Shown piece by piece: positions 1 through 9,080 of a DNA stretch of 64,000 nucleotides; the first letter of the stretch is position 1, and each line of letters starts with the position of its first letter. A program made the translations under genes and the position numbers. The DNA comes from Candidatus Uhrbacteria bacterium. Its GTDB lineage: Bacteria; Patescibacteriota; Patescibacteriia; UBA9934; GWF2-40-263. The notes beneath the pieces are model-generated. The model made no database searches. It saw nothing but the letters and a program-made list of their open reading frames with translations, and was not told the DNA's origin. The stretch spans positions 28,585 through 92,584 of the forward strand of contig JACPHX010000006.1 in assembly GCA_016188425.1 (NCBI GenBank), given 5' to 3'.

Positions 1-930
1 CGCGTCCAAATCCGCGTCACGGCAGCAGTGAATCTGCACGCCGTCGTCGATCACGCCGTCGCCGTCATTGTCCCGCCCGTCACAAATCTCGTGAGCGTTT
101 GGATGAACAGAGGAGTCGAAATCCGTGCTGACTCCGTCGATGTCGTCGCCATCCTCCAAGGACCAACCGTCGACCTCTTGGGGCAACTCTCCGTCTCGTG
201 TCAGACAGAACTTGTGTCCGTCCGTTTCCGAATTCGGGTCGTTGTATCCGAAGGTGTCCCCATCGTAGTCTGGATACGCGATCACCCCACCCTGAAGGTT
301 GGGGTCGGCGTTGTCGATAAGGTAGTCGCAGTCGTTATCCACGCCGTCGCACACTTCTGGCTGGTTCGGCGCACGATCGGTCCGAAGATCGTCGCAATCC
401 GAATGGTTATCCACGACAGGGACTCCTTCCGGAACCTCTTGCCCGCACCCGAGCGGATACTCGATGTTTCCACCGAATCCGTCGTGATCCGCGTCCACGT
501 AATAGACGTGTGCGGCCGCGGCTTCGGTCGTCGATGGATCGCAGTCGTTGTCGACCCCGTCGCAGAGCTCTTCAGCCCCTGGATGCGTGGCATCGTTGTC
601 GTCGTCGCAGTCGTCCGGCTCGTCGCTTTCTTGATCCTCCCGAAGAACATATCCTCGACGAGGACAGCCGTTGCGGCAATAGTCGCCGCCGAATCCGTCC
701 TTGTCGAGATCGAGGCAATAGAGTCCTCTCTCCTCGTCCGGACAGTCGACCTCATGACCGGCGTCGGTCTGAACCTCGCTCGCGTCCGTCGTTCCTGCGT
801 CTGCAGACGACGGCTGGGCATCGGTCTCGCCCGCGTCCGTCTCTTCTTCCTCTGGGGCTCGCCCGGTTGAGAGCGCGCACGCGCTCATGAGTGAAAGCGT
901 GGCCAGCATGGCCAACGTTGGGATTCTCAT
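1..930 (-). CDS. Predicted lipoprotein with Asp/Cys-rich putative metal-binding repeats (MopE-like/PF11617-type); 3' end runs off the window
   Basis: Absent from the ORF track because it has no stop in the window. Manual translation from ATG 930: MRIPTLAMLATLSLMSAC (lipobox-like), then at least 3 repeats of DxDxDGFG...DCDD...P...ExCDGxDNDCD. SD-like AAGGAG/AAGGA upstream. Confidence 0.85.
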   Translation of the reverse strand, partial: MRIPTLAMLATLSLMSACALSTGRAPEEEETDAGETDAQPSSADAGTTDASEVQTDAGHEVDCPDEERGLYCLDLDKDGFGGDYCRNGCPRRGYVLREDQESDEPDDCDDDNDATHPGAEELCDGVDNDCDPSTTEAAAAHVYYVDADHDGFGGNIEYPLGCGQEVPEGVPVVDNHSDCDDLRTDRAPNQPEVCDGVDNDCDYLIDNADPNLQGGVIAYPDYDGDTFGYNDPNSETDGHKFCLTRDGELPQEVDGWSLEDGDDIDGVSTDFDSSVHPNAHEICDGRDNDGDGVIDDGVQIHCCRDADLDA

Positions 931-1101
931 CGTTCCTTGTCTCCTTGGACACTTCCGTGCCCTTTTCTTCACTGGGATCGAAACATGAACCAAACACTGA
1001 AAACAAACGAAAGTACATCGATTGTAAACAACGTTTTTCCGAGGTCGTTTTGACCTCATCTCGTGGCAAACGGCCGCAAAATGAGCCCAAAATGACTCTT
1101 G

Positions 1102-1130
1102 TTTATATCAGTTTTTGGCCAATCTGTCAA
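1102..1130 (-). promoter_or_regulatory. Sigma70-type promoter of the 1..930 gene
   Basis: TTGACA-17 bp-TATAAA on the minus strand. Confidence 0.6.
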
Positions 1131-1227
1131 TATTTACGGTACAAAAAAGGGATCTGCGATCCGACGCGTCGCTACGGCGTCGGGGCAGACCCCTCAAGGA
1201 GGAGACGAGGGCGGGGCGGAAACAGGA

Positions 1228-2415
1228 TCATCCGTCGATGTCGATCATCGAGAGGCCGGAACGGGTCATCTCGTGCTCGGCGCCGCGGTTGACAGAGCCA
1301 TTGCTCATTCGGAACGTCCGATATCGAGGCTCCACGGGGCGGGAACTTCCTTCGTAGGTGCCGGTGACATCCATGTTTTCAGACACGGACGTTCCGGACC
1401 CGCTCCACACCGCGCCATCAATGACTTGCGATCCGGTCTCGCACTTGAAAGCGATACGGGCTCGCTCGAGCCGCTCGTTCTCACGGAGCGAGACGGTGAG
1501 CGTCCGGGCTCGACGATAGTAGCAGCTGGTGTCGACCCAACGCGTTCCCATGGGGTTCGCGTCGGTTCCGAACTCGCCGATGATGGCGTAGAGCTTGTCA
1601 CACGACCGACCAGCGTCGACCGTGAACCGAACTTCGTAGCTGCCGTTCAGGATCCCGAAGATGCCACCCGAGCAGTCCGACTCTCCCCAATTCGAGGCGC
1701 CGGGGCCGGAGGTGTTGGTTTCGGTTCCGCAGCTGGTTCCTTCCCAACCAATGTCACAACGACATCGGTTGCTGGAATCTTCATAGCCGTGGCCGTTGCA
1801 CTCCACAGTCGTGTTGATACGAGTGCTGCAGGTCGTCCCTTCCCAGCCTGAGTCGCAGTGGCAGTCGCCGTTGTTGTCTTCGTAGCCATGGCCGGAACAC
1901 TCGGCGGTGGTATCGACTCGATCGCCACAGTCGTTTCCCTCCCAATCCGAGTCGCAGTGACAGGTGCCGCTGCGATCTTCGTAGCCGTTCCCCGAGCATT
2001 CCTCGGTGACGACTTTGTGGCTACAAGAAGTGCCCTCCCAACCCGTGTCGCAGTGGCAGGTGCCATTGCGATCCTCGTAGCCGTGGCCGGTGCACTCTTC
2101 GCTGACGCACCCTTCGTCGACGTTGCCGTCGCAGTTGTTGTCGACGTTGTCACACGTATCGTCGGCCGCTCCCGGGTGAACCGACTTGTCGTCGTCCTTG
2201 CAGTCGCAACCCGTCTTGGCGCCGTCGACGCAGGCATCGTGCCCATCGTCGTCGGCGTCGACGGGTTTGCACTCGTCGTCCTTCATGGCGAGCCCGTCCT
2301 TGCAGACACACTCGCCGTCCTTGCGGACTTGGGTGTCGTCACACACCTTGTCCTTGTTTGAAACCGAGCAGCTGGCGGCCAATCCGCACAGCAGCATGAG
2401 GGTAACCAATCGCAT
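1228..2415 (-). CDS. Predicted lipoprotein with one MopE-like repeat and four tenascin/EGF-like repeats
   Basis: Start re-set to ATG 2415 after AAGGAGG. MRLVTLMLLCGLAASC lipobox; DCKDDDKSVHPGAADDTCDNVDNNCDG; 4x EC(S/T/N)G(H/N)GYED...C(H/R)CD.(G/D)WEG..C. Confidence 0.85.
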   Translation of the reverse strand: MRLVTLMLLCGLAASCSVSNKDKVCDDTQVRKDGECVCKDGLAMKDDECKPVDADDDGHDACVDGAKTGCDCKDDDKSVHPGAADDTCDNVDNNCDGNVDEGCVSEECTGHGYEDRNGTCHCDTGWEGTSCSHKVVTEECSGNGYEDRSGTCHCDSDWEGNDCGDRVDTTAECSGHGYEDNNGDCHCDSGWEGTTCSTRINTTVECNGHGYEDSSNRCRCDIGWEGTSCGTETNTSGPGASNWGESDCSGGIFGILNGSYEVRFTVDAGRSCDKLYAIIGEFGTDANPMGTRWVDTSCYYRRARTLTVSLRENERLERARIAFKCETGSQVIDGAVWSGSGTSVSENMDVTGTYEGSSRPVEPRYRTFRMSNGSVNRGAEHEMTRSGLSMIDIDG

Positions 2416-2485
2416 GACATCCTCCTTCGGGAACCGCGTCCCAGCACACAAAGAGATGATCTTCGTGGTTTTTGAGAACGGCGGA

Positions 2486-2514
2486 ACCGTAACACGCAAA
2501 CAGCTCATTGTCAA
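2486..2514 (-). promoter_or_regulatory. Sigma70-type promoter with extended -10
   Basis: TTGACA-17 bp (ending GCGTGT)-TACGGT; near-identical layout at 3977-4005. Confidence 0.5.
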
Positions 2515-2609
2515 GAGCAAAAACCCCGTTTGCGCGTCAAAAAGAAAAGGGTGGGCTGCCTCGAACCGAAGTCCGTGGCTGCCGCACCCGTAACGCGAGA
2601 AACATGTTG

Positions 2610-3722
2610 TCAGAACGTGATGGCCGCCGACAACTCGACCGGGACACCGTACTGGTCTTCAGGCCCCTCTTTGGCCTTTCCTGCCGGATCATTGTCGATG
2701 TCGGTGATTTCACCACCAACGAGAAGTCGAAAATTGAGCAATGGGAACGGATCCCGAATCTTCCCCTCCTTTGGCTCTCCCCCGAGTGCGATGTCCAGGC
2801 CGAGACCACCCTTGAACTGGTAGTCCACGGAGGCAGAATCTGACGGGAGCCCGTTGTTCGTGGCTCCACTGATCCCCACAAGGAAACCGCCCCAAACCGC
2901 GTCCGACATCTGCCAAAGCATGAACTCGCCCTTAAAACCGATGGCCATGCCGTTGCCGTCGTCGAAATCGTGGCTCAACCCCAGGCCGACCCGGAGATCC
3001 ATATATGAATTCGTCTCCGAGTTGAGGGTTTTGAACCAAACCCCTTGAACTTCAGGAACAAGCGTGAATCCGCCCCGTTCCACGACCTCATAGGTCGGGT
3101 GAACGAAAATACCGAGACCGAGGGCGAAATGGAGGCCGTCGAAGGCGACGACTTGCTTGAGCGTGTCGATATCCTCCAGGGCCTGCTTCCAGACGTCACT
3201 CTCGAAGATGGCGAGCTGCGCCGTCTCCGAGAAGGTTTCCCGAATGTTCTGGATCGCGCCGGGCAAGTCGTAGTCGACCTTGCGCGCGACCGCGATCGCG
3301 GCCGTGGCCGCCCGCTCGAGGTCGGCGATCTTTTCACCCTGCACCTTGTCGCTCTTCTGCAGGTTGGCAATGCTGCCGCCCTGCTTCTTGATCTGCTTGA
3401 GCGCACCCACGAGGTCATCCGCGTCCTTCTCTTCGTCCGACAGAGCCCGTCGAACCGGCTTACAGGTCGCGTCGTCCCAGGTGCAGTACCTCTCCCCCTT
3501 GCACTTGGAGTAGGAGGACTTGTACTCCTTGATCTCCTTTGCCCAGGTCGTCGTGACGGACTTTGCCAAGTCCGCGGCGCACATGTCGACGGGGTCGCTC
3601 AAGACATGACCCAGTTCCGTCAGCTTGCAGTTCGCGAAACTCGAATTGCAAGCATAGGGGTCGCCGTCGGCGTAGGCCGTCGCGGTGAACAGTGAAATGA
3701 AACCGATGATCGTGCCTCGCAT
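2610..3722 (-). CDS. Secreted protein: Cys-containing N-domain, coiled coil, predicted C-terminal beta-barrel
   Basis: Signal peptide ending ATAYA; alternating hydrophobic strands in the last ~175 aa; ends VELSAAITF; SD GGAGAG. Confidence 0.7.
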   Translation of the reverse strand: MRGTIIGFISLFTATAYADGDPYACNSSFANCKLTELGHVLSDPVDMCAADLAKSVTTTWAKEIKEYKSSYSKCKGERYCTWDDATCKPVRRALSDEEKDADDLVGALKQIKKQGGSIANLQKSDKVQGEKIADLERAATAAIAVARKVDYDLPGAIQNIRETFSETAQLAIFESDVWKQALEDIDTLKQVVAFDGLHFALGLGIFVHPTYEVVERGGFTLVPEVQGVWFKTLNSETNSYMDLRVGLGLSHDFDDGNGMAIGFKGEFMLWQMSDAVWGGFLVGISGATNNGLPSDSASVDYQFKGGLGLDIALGGEPKEGKIRDPFPLLNFRLLVGGEITDIDNDPAGKAKEGPEDQYGVPVELSAAITF

Positions 3723-3976
3723 GACACTCTCCCTTCCCCGTATCGGGGGGTTGTATGCCCCGCGCGGGGCGGTTTGTTGTGTGCGTGAGCGAGTTCGGTA
3801 CTTACGATTGTTAAGGTTCGCACCTTAGAAGGACCGTCCTCGCTTCTTTTTTCGGCCTTCCGTGGTCCGGCCGCCACGCCACAAGGAGGAGATGTGACGG
3901 AACGATCGGACCGCGGAAATCCGGAAAATTGATAGCATGAACCTGCGGCTTTTTCCCTCAAAAAGAGCGAGGCCGA

Positions 3977-4005
3977 ACCGTATCACGCTTTCCGGCCTCT
4001 GTCAA
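3977..4005 (-). promoter_or_regulatory. Sigma70-type promoter with extended -10
   Basis: TTGACA-17 bp (ending GCGTGA)-TACGGT. Confidence 0.5.
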
Positions 4006-4187
4006 CAGTAAAAACCGCGTTTGTGGAAAACCTCCGTTGACGGCAGGGCGCCCGCTGCTAAGATGCGCGCAACAAAAAAGAAGGGTTGTGCGGCTTGGTG
4101 CAGCGGTCAGGATGTCTCCTCCTCATCCCGATTTGCCAGACCAAGCCGTGCATTCCTTCTTTTTTTGTCTTATCTTTGACGTTTTTT

Positions 4188-4835
4188 CTACCCGACTCCT
4201 CCATGAGTGATTTGATGCCGTCGACGAATACGCTCACTTTTGAGCAAGACAAATCCCACGCCACCGAATAGGCCGATGATAAAACCAGAAAATGCGTTTA
4301 TCAGAAAATTGGGCTTCACGGGAAAACGCGAGTTGAGCGGGGCGTCAATAAGCCGCACCGTGACATTTCCTCCCGATGTGTACTGGCCGACATTCTGGAC
4401 AAAAATCTGCGAGACGGCACGGACGAGCTGTTCTGCTTGCGCCACATCCTGATGATAGGCCGTCAGGGTCAGCACCCCTGTCCCGCGCATGACGGAAGCG
4501 TCTACGGCTTTCTGCCACGCCCGGCGCCGCTCGCGATCACCAGAGGGGAATGTGTTTTGGTCGATAGAAAACCCGGCTTGCATGACTTGGTCGAAAAAGG
4601 TTGTGGTGTAAAGAAGCGTCACCAGATTATCCGCGATCCGTTCCTCGGAACGGCTCGTGGTATACGCATCAACCGAAACTCCCAACTGTTGCTGCACCAA
4701 AAGCCGCGCGGTGGAGGAATACCGCAAGGGTTGGAGAAGGGAAAGAAGCACCGCGAGCACCGCTCCGATCACGGCAAACATGCTGATCGTCGGAAGACCG
4801 CGGCGGACATCGAGAGCTTGAAATGAGGAAGGCAT
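4188..4835 (-). CDS. Wzz/CapA(YveK)-like chain-length-determinant membrane protein
   Basis: N-terminal TM followed by YSSTARLLV; IDAP...PVKPN followed by a C-terminal TM. Confidence 0.7.
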   Translation of the reverse strand: MPSSFQALDVRRGLPTISMFAVIGAVLAVLLSLLQPLRYSSTARLLVQQQLGVSVDAYTTSRSEERIADNLVTLLYTTTFFDQVMQAGFSIDQNTFPSGDRERRRAWQKAVDASVMRGTGVLTLTAYHQDVAQAEQLVRAVSQIFVQNVGQYTSGGNVTVRLIDAPLNSRFPVKPNFLINAFSGFIIGLFGGVGFVLLKSERIRRRHQITHGGVG

Positions 4836-4849
4836 AGACGAAGTATAGC

Positions 4850-5917
4850 TTATTGTGTCTTTTCCGACATCAAAGAACCAAGCGTTGCCTCGGTCTCCGT
4901 GAAGACGGTTCCCCGCTTAAAGCGAATGGTTACCGTGGTAAGAGGATCATACGGAAGAAGAAGTTCATCCAAGCTTCGATCGCTTGTCATGGGGACTCCA
5001 TCCACCGACATAATAATATCTCCTGGCTGTATGCCAGCAGCGGCCGCCGCTCCAAACGGGACAACGGTTTTTACTAACGCTCCCCCCGTCTCGGACGTTT
5101 GTTCTTTTGATGACAAAGACCGACCGAGGTCGATAAACGTCAGGCCAAGAGAGGCACGATTGAGAACTCCATTTTTCAACAGTGACCGCAACGAAGGGAG
5201 AATGAAATCGATGGGTAACAATTCTATTCCTGCATCATCAGCAATCATAAGACCGAGCAGCTTCCCTTCAGAGGAAAAAACCGTCGACCCCGGGCCCATG
5301 TCCGCAGAAGAGGAAAGAAGCAAGTGACGGGTTGGCGTATCGGCAGAAAATGATAGTGCCGGCCTCCAGCGCCATCCGTATGCGGTTGAAAAGAATCCAC
5401 CTTGGCTGCTTGGCATGACAAACACTTCCTCTCCCATCGAGAGCGTAAGTGCCTCCCCAAGGGGAACAACCGACGCCTGCGCGGAGGACACCTTCGCATA
5501 CACCACAGGCAGGACATCGTCTTGCACAATCTGCTCGATCGGCAACAATGCGCCTCCAATCAAAATAGAGGCGGTGTTGTAACTCCCCGCTGCCGCCATA
5601 GACGGAAGAAGGATCCAGCCATCAGAACTCAATGCCACCCCATGGGCAAATGCCAACGCCGGAGGAAAATTCTCCCCCACCTGGTCGTTTTGATACACAT
5701 CAACCACACTCCGGCGCACGCGTTCATTCAGCAGCTGGGCTGTGAGAATTGGTGCCTTCCCCACCCCCTGGATCGTCGCCGTGTTAAAGGATGCTAGGAG
5801 CGAATCGGCATACCGATCCAACGACAAGGAAAACACGGACGCCGCGACAAAACCAGAAGCAGCCCCGACCAGCAGGGAAAAAAGAAGCCAAGTAAACGGA
5901 GGGCGAAAAGATGCCAT
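4850..5917 (-). CDS. HtrA/S1C-like protein with PDZ domain; catalytic residues degenerate
   Basis: N-terminal TM, GVALSSDGWIL, PDZ (GAAAAAGIQPGDIIMSVDG); lacks TNxHV and GNSGG. Confidence 0.75.
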   Translation of the reverse strand: MASFRPPFTWLLFSLLVGAASGFVAASVFSLSLDRYADSLLASFNTATIQGVGKAPILTAQLLNERVRRSVVDVYQNDQVGENFPPALAFAHGVALSSDGWILLPSMAAAGSYNTASILIGGALLPIEQIVQDDVLPVVYAKVSSAQASVVPLGEALTLSMGEEVFVMPSSQGGFFSTAYGWRWRPALSFSADTPTRHLLLSSSADMGPGSTVFSSEGKLLGLMIADDAGIELLPIDFILPSLRSLLKNGVLNRASLGLTFIDLGRSLSSKEQTSETGGALVKTVVPFGAAAAAGIQPGDIIMSVDGVPMTSDRSLDELLLPYDPLTTVTIRFKRGTVFTETEATLGSLMSEKTQ

Positions 5918-5918
5918 A

Positions 5919-6683
5919 TCAGTACCACGTTGATGTAGACACAATAAGAGCGATCAAAAAAACAAACGCCGCTGTGTATCTTCTTACCACTGAACGGGAC
6001 AATTTTTCAAGAAAAAACGCGCGCGTAACCCCTAAAAACGCATACGCAATAAGCGTCACGAACAACGCGTTGGTATAAGGGCCAGAAGGGAGAAACGAAA
6101 AAACCAAAAAACTTTCTGCCAACAGGACACTCCCCCCCAAACTCACCATGCGCACCCGTTTCCCTTCCAGCTTACAAGTCCACAACGTCGCCTGCATAAG
6201 AAAATAACCACCGACCAACAAAAAAGGAAGGAACAAAAAAATGGGGGGATGAAGCACGGCCCTCAAAAAAAAGGCGATGCTTTCCATGAAAAAAACCGTC
6301 AGAAGAAGCAGGAGCGTTGAAATATTCTCAATGGCATGCATCTGGTAGCGAACCGGAAGGTGGAAAAAAGTGAAAATATGTTCCGAGAAAAAAAGGACAA
6401 ATAACGCCGCTGTCGCCGCCACCGCGATGCGCATATTTTCCTGCTCGAGCAAAAACACAAACCCAAAACTTGAAAGCAAAAAGAGGATCGGCAGGGACCA
6501 AAGATACCAAAACTCGGACTCACGGATGCGAAAACCAAGCAAACGGCCCGCAAGCAAAGCGCTCACCCCCACACTAACCGCTACCGAAAACAGCGGCGGC
6601 ATCTTTTCCGTGAGCAAAACATAAAATCCCCATGCGGTTATGCCGGCTAAGAAAAACGGAGTGACCCGATGCAATAAGATCAT
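5919..6683 (-). CDS. Polytopic membrane protein of unknown function
   Basis: ~9 hydrophobic segments; tightly packed in the operon. Confidence 0.7.
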   Translation of the reverse strand: MILLHRVTPFFLAGITAWGFYVLLTEKMPPLFSVAVSVGVSALLAGRLLGFRIRESEFWYLWSLPILFLLSSFGFVFLLEQENMRIAVAATAALFVLFFSEHIFTFFHLPVRYQMHAIENISTLLLLLTVFFMESIAFFLRAVLHPPIFLFLPFLLVGGYFLMQATLWTCKLEGKRVRMVSLGGSVLLAESFLVFSFLPSGPYTNALFVTLIAYAFLGVTRAFFLEKLSRSVVRRYTAAFVFLIALIVSTSTWY

Positions 6684-6711
6684 ACTTCCTCCCCACGGGG
6701 AACAGCAATCG

Positions 6712-7425
6712 TCATTCTATATGGATCTCGACCCCGCCCGGATGCACCTGAATATCGGTAAGGTGCGGCACTCCCGCGTTCTCCCCCGAAGGCAAGACAG
6801 AAAAAAGTTTGCGGCTCGATTCCTCTATCGTGCCAGCGAGCATCCAGTTTGGCAACGGCACAGAACCGATCTTCCACGAGACCAGATCCAACCTCCATCC
6901 ACCTCCCACCCCCCCAACCCCCCCTCCGGCAGTGGGGGCTTCCTTTCTGGGTGTCAAGACCACCTCCAGGTGTCCAGGACGGTCATGCAACGGGATGAAT
7001 AATGTGAGCTCCCCTTCCCCTGATTGGATGACCGTTTGATCACGGTCTATATACTCTGATGCGGGAATCGCTCGACGGATGGTCGTGGACAAAATCGCAT
7101 CTGTGAGCACAAACGTTCGCCCCGATGGCGCTTGCCCATTCGTCGAGGATCCGGCAAGGGAGGATCCGCGTAAAGAGGAGAGAAGATATTCCTCTATCCC
7201 ACGCTCATCTGGAATAATCTTGGGAATCGAGCCCGGTGACACAATACGAGAAAAAACCGGCACAGAAAAAACACCAGAGGCAGCAAGGAGCCATCCAGCG
7301 CCACCAGACAACAGGAGCAGAAACACGACGGGAGCCAGACAACAAAACCAACGGCGACGAGATCCAGGAGCCGATGGAGGAACGACCACGGAAACGGCGG
7401 GCACCCCTTTCTCAACGCGCGCCAT
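6712..7425 (-). CDS. Membrane-anchored hypothetical protein
   Basis: Start re-set to MARVEKG, overlapping the upstream stop; single TM. Confidence 0.6.
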   Translation of the reverse strand: MARVEKGVPAVSVVVPPSAPGSRRRWFCCLAPVVFLLLLSGGAGWLLAASGVFSVPVFSRIVSPGSIPKIIPDERGIEEYLLSSLRGSSLAGSSTNGQAPSGRTFVLTDAILSTTIRRAIPASEYIDRDQTVIQSGEGELTLFIPLHDRPGHLEVVLTPRKEAPTAGGGVGGVGGGWRLDLVSWKIGSVPLPNWMLAGTIEESSRKLFSVLPSGENAGVPHLTDIQVHPGGVEIHIE

Positions 7426-7855
7426 AGGAAGGGGATGGGATGAGCCACAAAGCATCCTGCCGCACCTGCGAGAGCGCCTGTAATGCAGAAACGGTGTCGC
7501 GGGATTGTTTGAGCGCATCCATGTAGGCGGTGAGTCCGACGATCAGAGCCAAATGCGTCTCGCGATCGTCGGCGCCAACACGCAACGACAACAAGGCCTC
7601 TCGCGCTTGCTCTGTCGCGGAGAGGCGCACTATTGGATCCGACGTGCCCCCGAGCACTTGGTCGAACTGCTCCAACGTTGCATTGGCCGCCTGACGATAC
7701 TCCGAGGCATCTACCTTTTTCTCTGTGACAGGAACCACAGAAGTAGGATGCGGACGCACCTGCAAAATGACCGCAATCAACAGCACCGCGGTCAGAGCGA
7801 TTAAAATAAGCGGGAACAAAAAAGACGGACGATGGGTCGTGCGTAAGATGTTCAT
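7412..7855 (-). CDS. Membrane-anchored helical hypothetical protein
   Basis: ATGA overlap with the upstream gene; N-terminal TM. Confidence 0.65.
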   Translation of the reverse strand: MNILRTTHRPSFLFPLILIALTAVLLIAVILQVRPHPTSVVPVTEKKVDASEYRQAANATLEQFDQVLGGTSDPIVRLSATEQAREALLSLRVGADDRETHLALIVGLTAYMDALKQSRDTVSALQALSQVRQDALWLIPSPSYGAR

Positions 7856-8892
7856 ACGGGGAGAGAATCACGATGATCAATAATATCTTCTACGATAACG
7901 GCTAAGATGGTCGAGAGCGGGATCGCGAGCAATGCCCCTGTGGCCCCGCCCACGCGCGCGCCCACCAGGAGGGCGACGATGCTGACAACGGGATGAAGGC
8001 CAACGGAACGCTGCATGATCTTCGGAACAAGGATATGGTTTTCCACCTGCTGCACCAGGACGTAGAGCACACACACGGCGATCCCCTGCCAGAAACTTTC
8101 CCCAAAACCCAGGAGCGCCGCCGGTAAAAAAGCCAAGAGCGGCCCCGCGTAAGGAATAATCTCAAAGAGCCCAGCCATCAATGCCAACAGAAGGGCGTAT
8201 TCAACGCCGATAAGACGAAGGCCTATGTACACCACGATCCCCAAGGTGAGCCCAAGAAGAAGCTGCGCGCGAAGCCAAGACCCGATGCGCTGCTGCATCT
8301 GGGCAAAGAGACGAGTCACGTAGGGGTGATACTCCTCTGGAAGAAATTGTTTGAAGAATTTCCGCGCGGCGTCTTCTTCAACCACGAGATAAAACGCCAA
8401 CGAGAAGGTAATGAGGAGCGCCGCCACTCCCCCCAAGAATCCTTTCACTGTTGAAAGGAACGGCGAGATGGAATCGGCGGCGGTATTGGGCAAAGACCCA
8501 ATGGTTGCGTGCACACTTTGTGCCAACCCCGATACCCAAGGCCCTTGCAAGGTCTCGGACGACTCCAAACTCCCCAGCGTATCCGCAAGTTGGCTCAAAA
8601 ACGATGACGCTTCCGCGATGATCACCGGAAACAACTGAATAAGGAGAAACACCATGATGAGCCCAAGCACGACATATACCCCGATCGCAGCGAGCGCGCG
8701 AGGAATATGCCGCCGTGCCAGAGCGGAGGCAAACGGATCGATAAGAGCCGCGAGCACGACCGCGCACAAGACGATTGCAAGCACGCCGCGCAAGTACCAC
8801 AGGAGCCAAAATCCCAATACAAACGCCGCCGCACTAAAAAAGGTCGTGGCTGAAATCGTAATCGTTTGTGCCGGCTTGCCGCGTAGGGGCAT
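7852..8892 (-). CDS. AI-2E family (PerM/TqsA) transporter
   Basis: EIIPYAGP, QQVENHILVPKIM...GLHP, GALLAIP motifs. Confidence 0.92.
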   Translation of the reverse strand: MPLRGKPAQTITISATTFFSAAAFVLGFWLLWYLRGVLAIVLCAVVLAALIDPFASALARRHIPRALAAIGVYVVLGLIMVFLLIQLFPVIIAEASSFLSQLADTLGSLESSETLQGPWVSGLAQSVHATIGSLPNTAADSISPFLSTVKGFLGGVAALLITFSLAFYLVVEEDAARKFFKQFLPEEYHPYVTRLFAQMQQRIGSWLRAQLLLGLTLGIVVYIGLRLIGVEYALLLALMAGLFEIIPYAGPLLAFLPAALLGFGESFWQGIAVCVLYVLVQQVENHILVPKIMQRSVGLHPVVSIVALLVGARVGGATGALLAIPLSTILAVIVEDIIDHRDSLPV

Positions 8893-8970
8893 AGATAAAT
8901 GAAGTATAGCAGATTGGTACACAGAAAAAACAAAAGAAAAAGCCAGCTGTTTCAAGCCGACTTGTTCTGC

Positions 8971-9080
8971 TGGTGGACCACGTACCAAACCTGGTACCTG
9001 GACGGTTGGTGGCAGAGCAACGACGAATGTGGTTGCTCTGCGGTTTAACCAACCATGAACCAGGTTTGGTACGTGGTGGA
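8971..9080. repeat. Fold-back element at the tmRNA 3' end with a duplicated TCCACCA
   Basis: 19-bp perfect IR 8977-8995/9059-9077; inner stems; TGGTGGA direct repeat at 8971 and 9074. Confidence 0.8.

Noticed and set aside
28-870. 280-aa plus-strand ORF, and similar V/A-rich ORFs at 1099-1851 and 1858-2361
   Set aside because: Antisense shadows of Asp/Cys-rich minus-strand genes (GAC read as GTC).
1730-2110. Regularly spaced ~100-bp DNA repeats suggesting CRISPR
   Set aside because: They are in-frame, degenerate EGF-like coding repeats; there are no unique spacers and no cas genes.
3723-3975. ~250-nt 5' leader as a riboswitch
   Set aside because: Only short hairpins are visible, with no recognisable aptamer or terminator; insufficient support.
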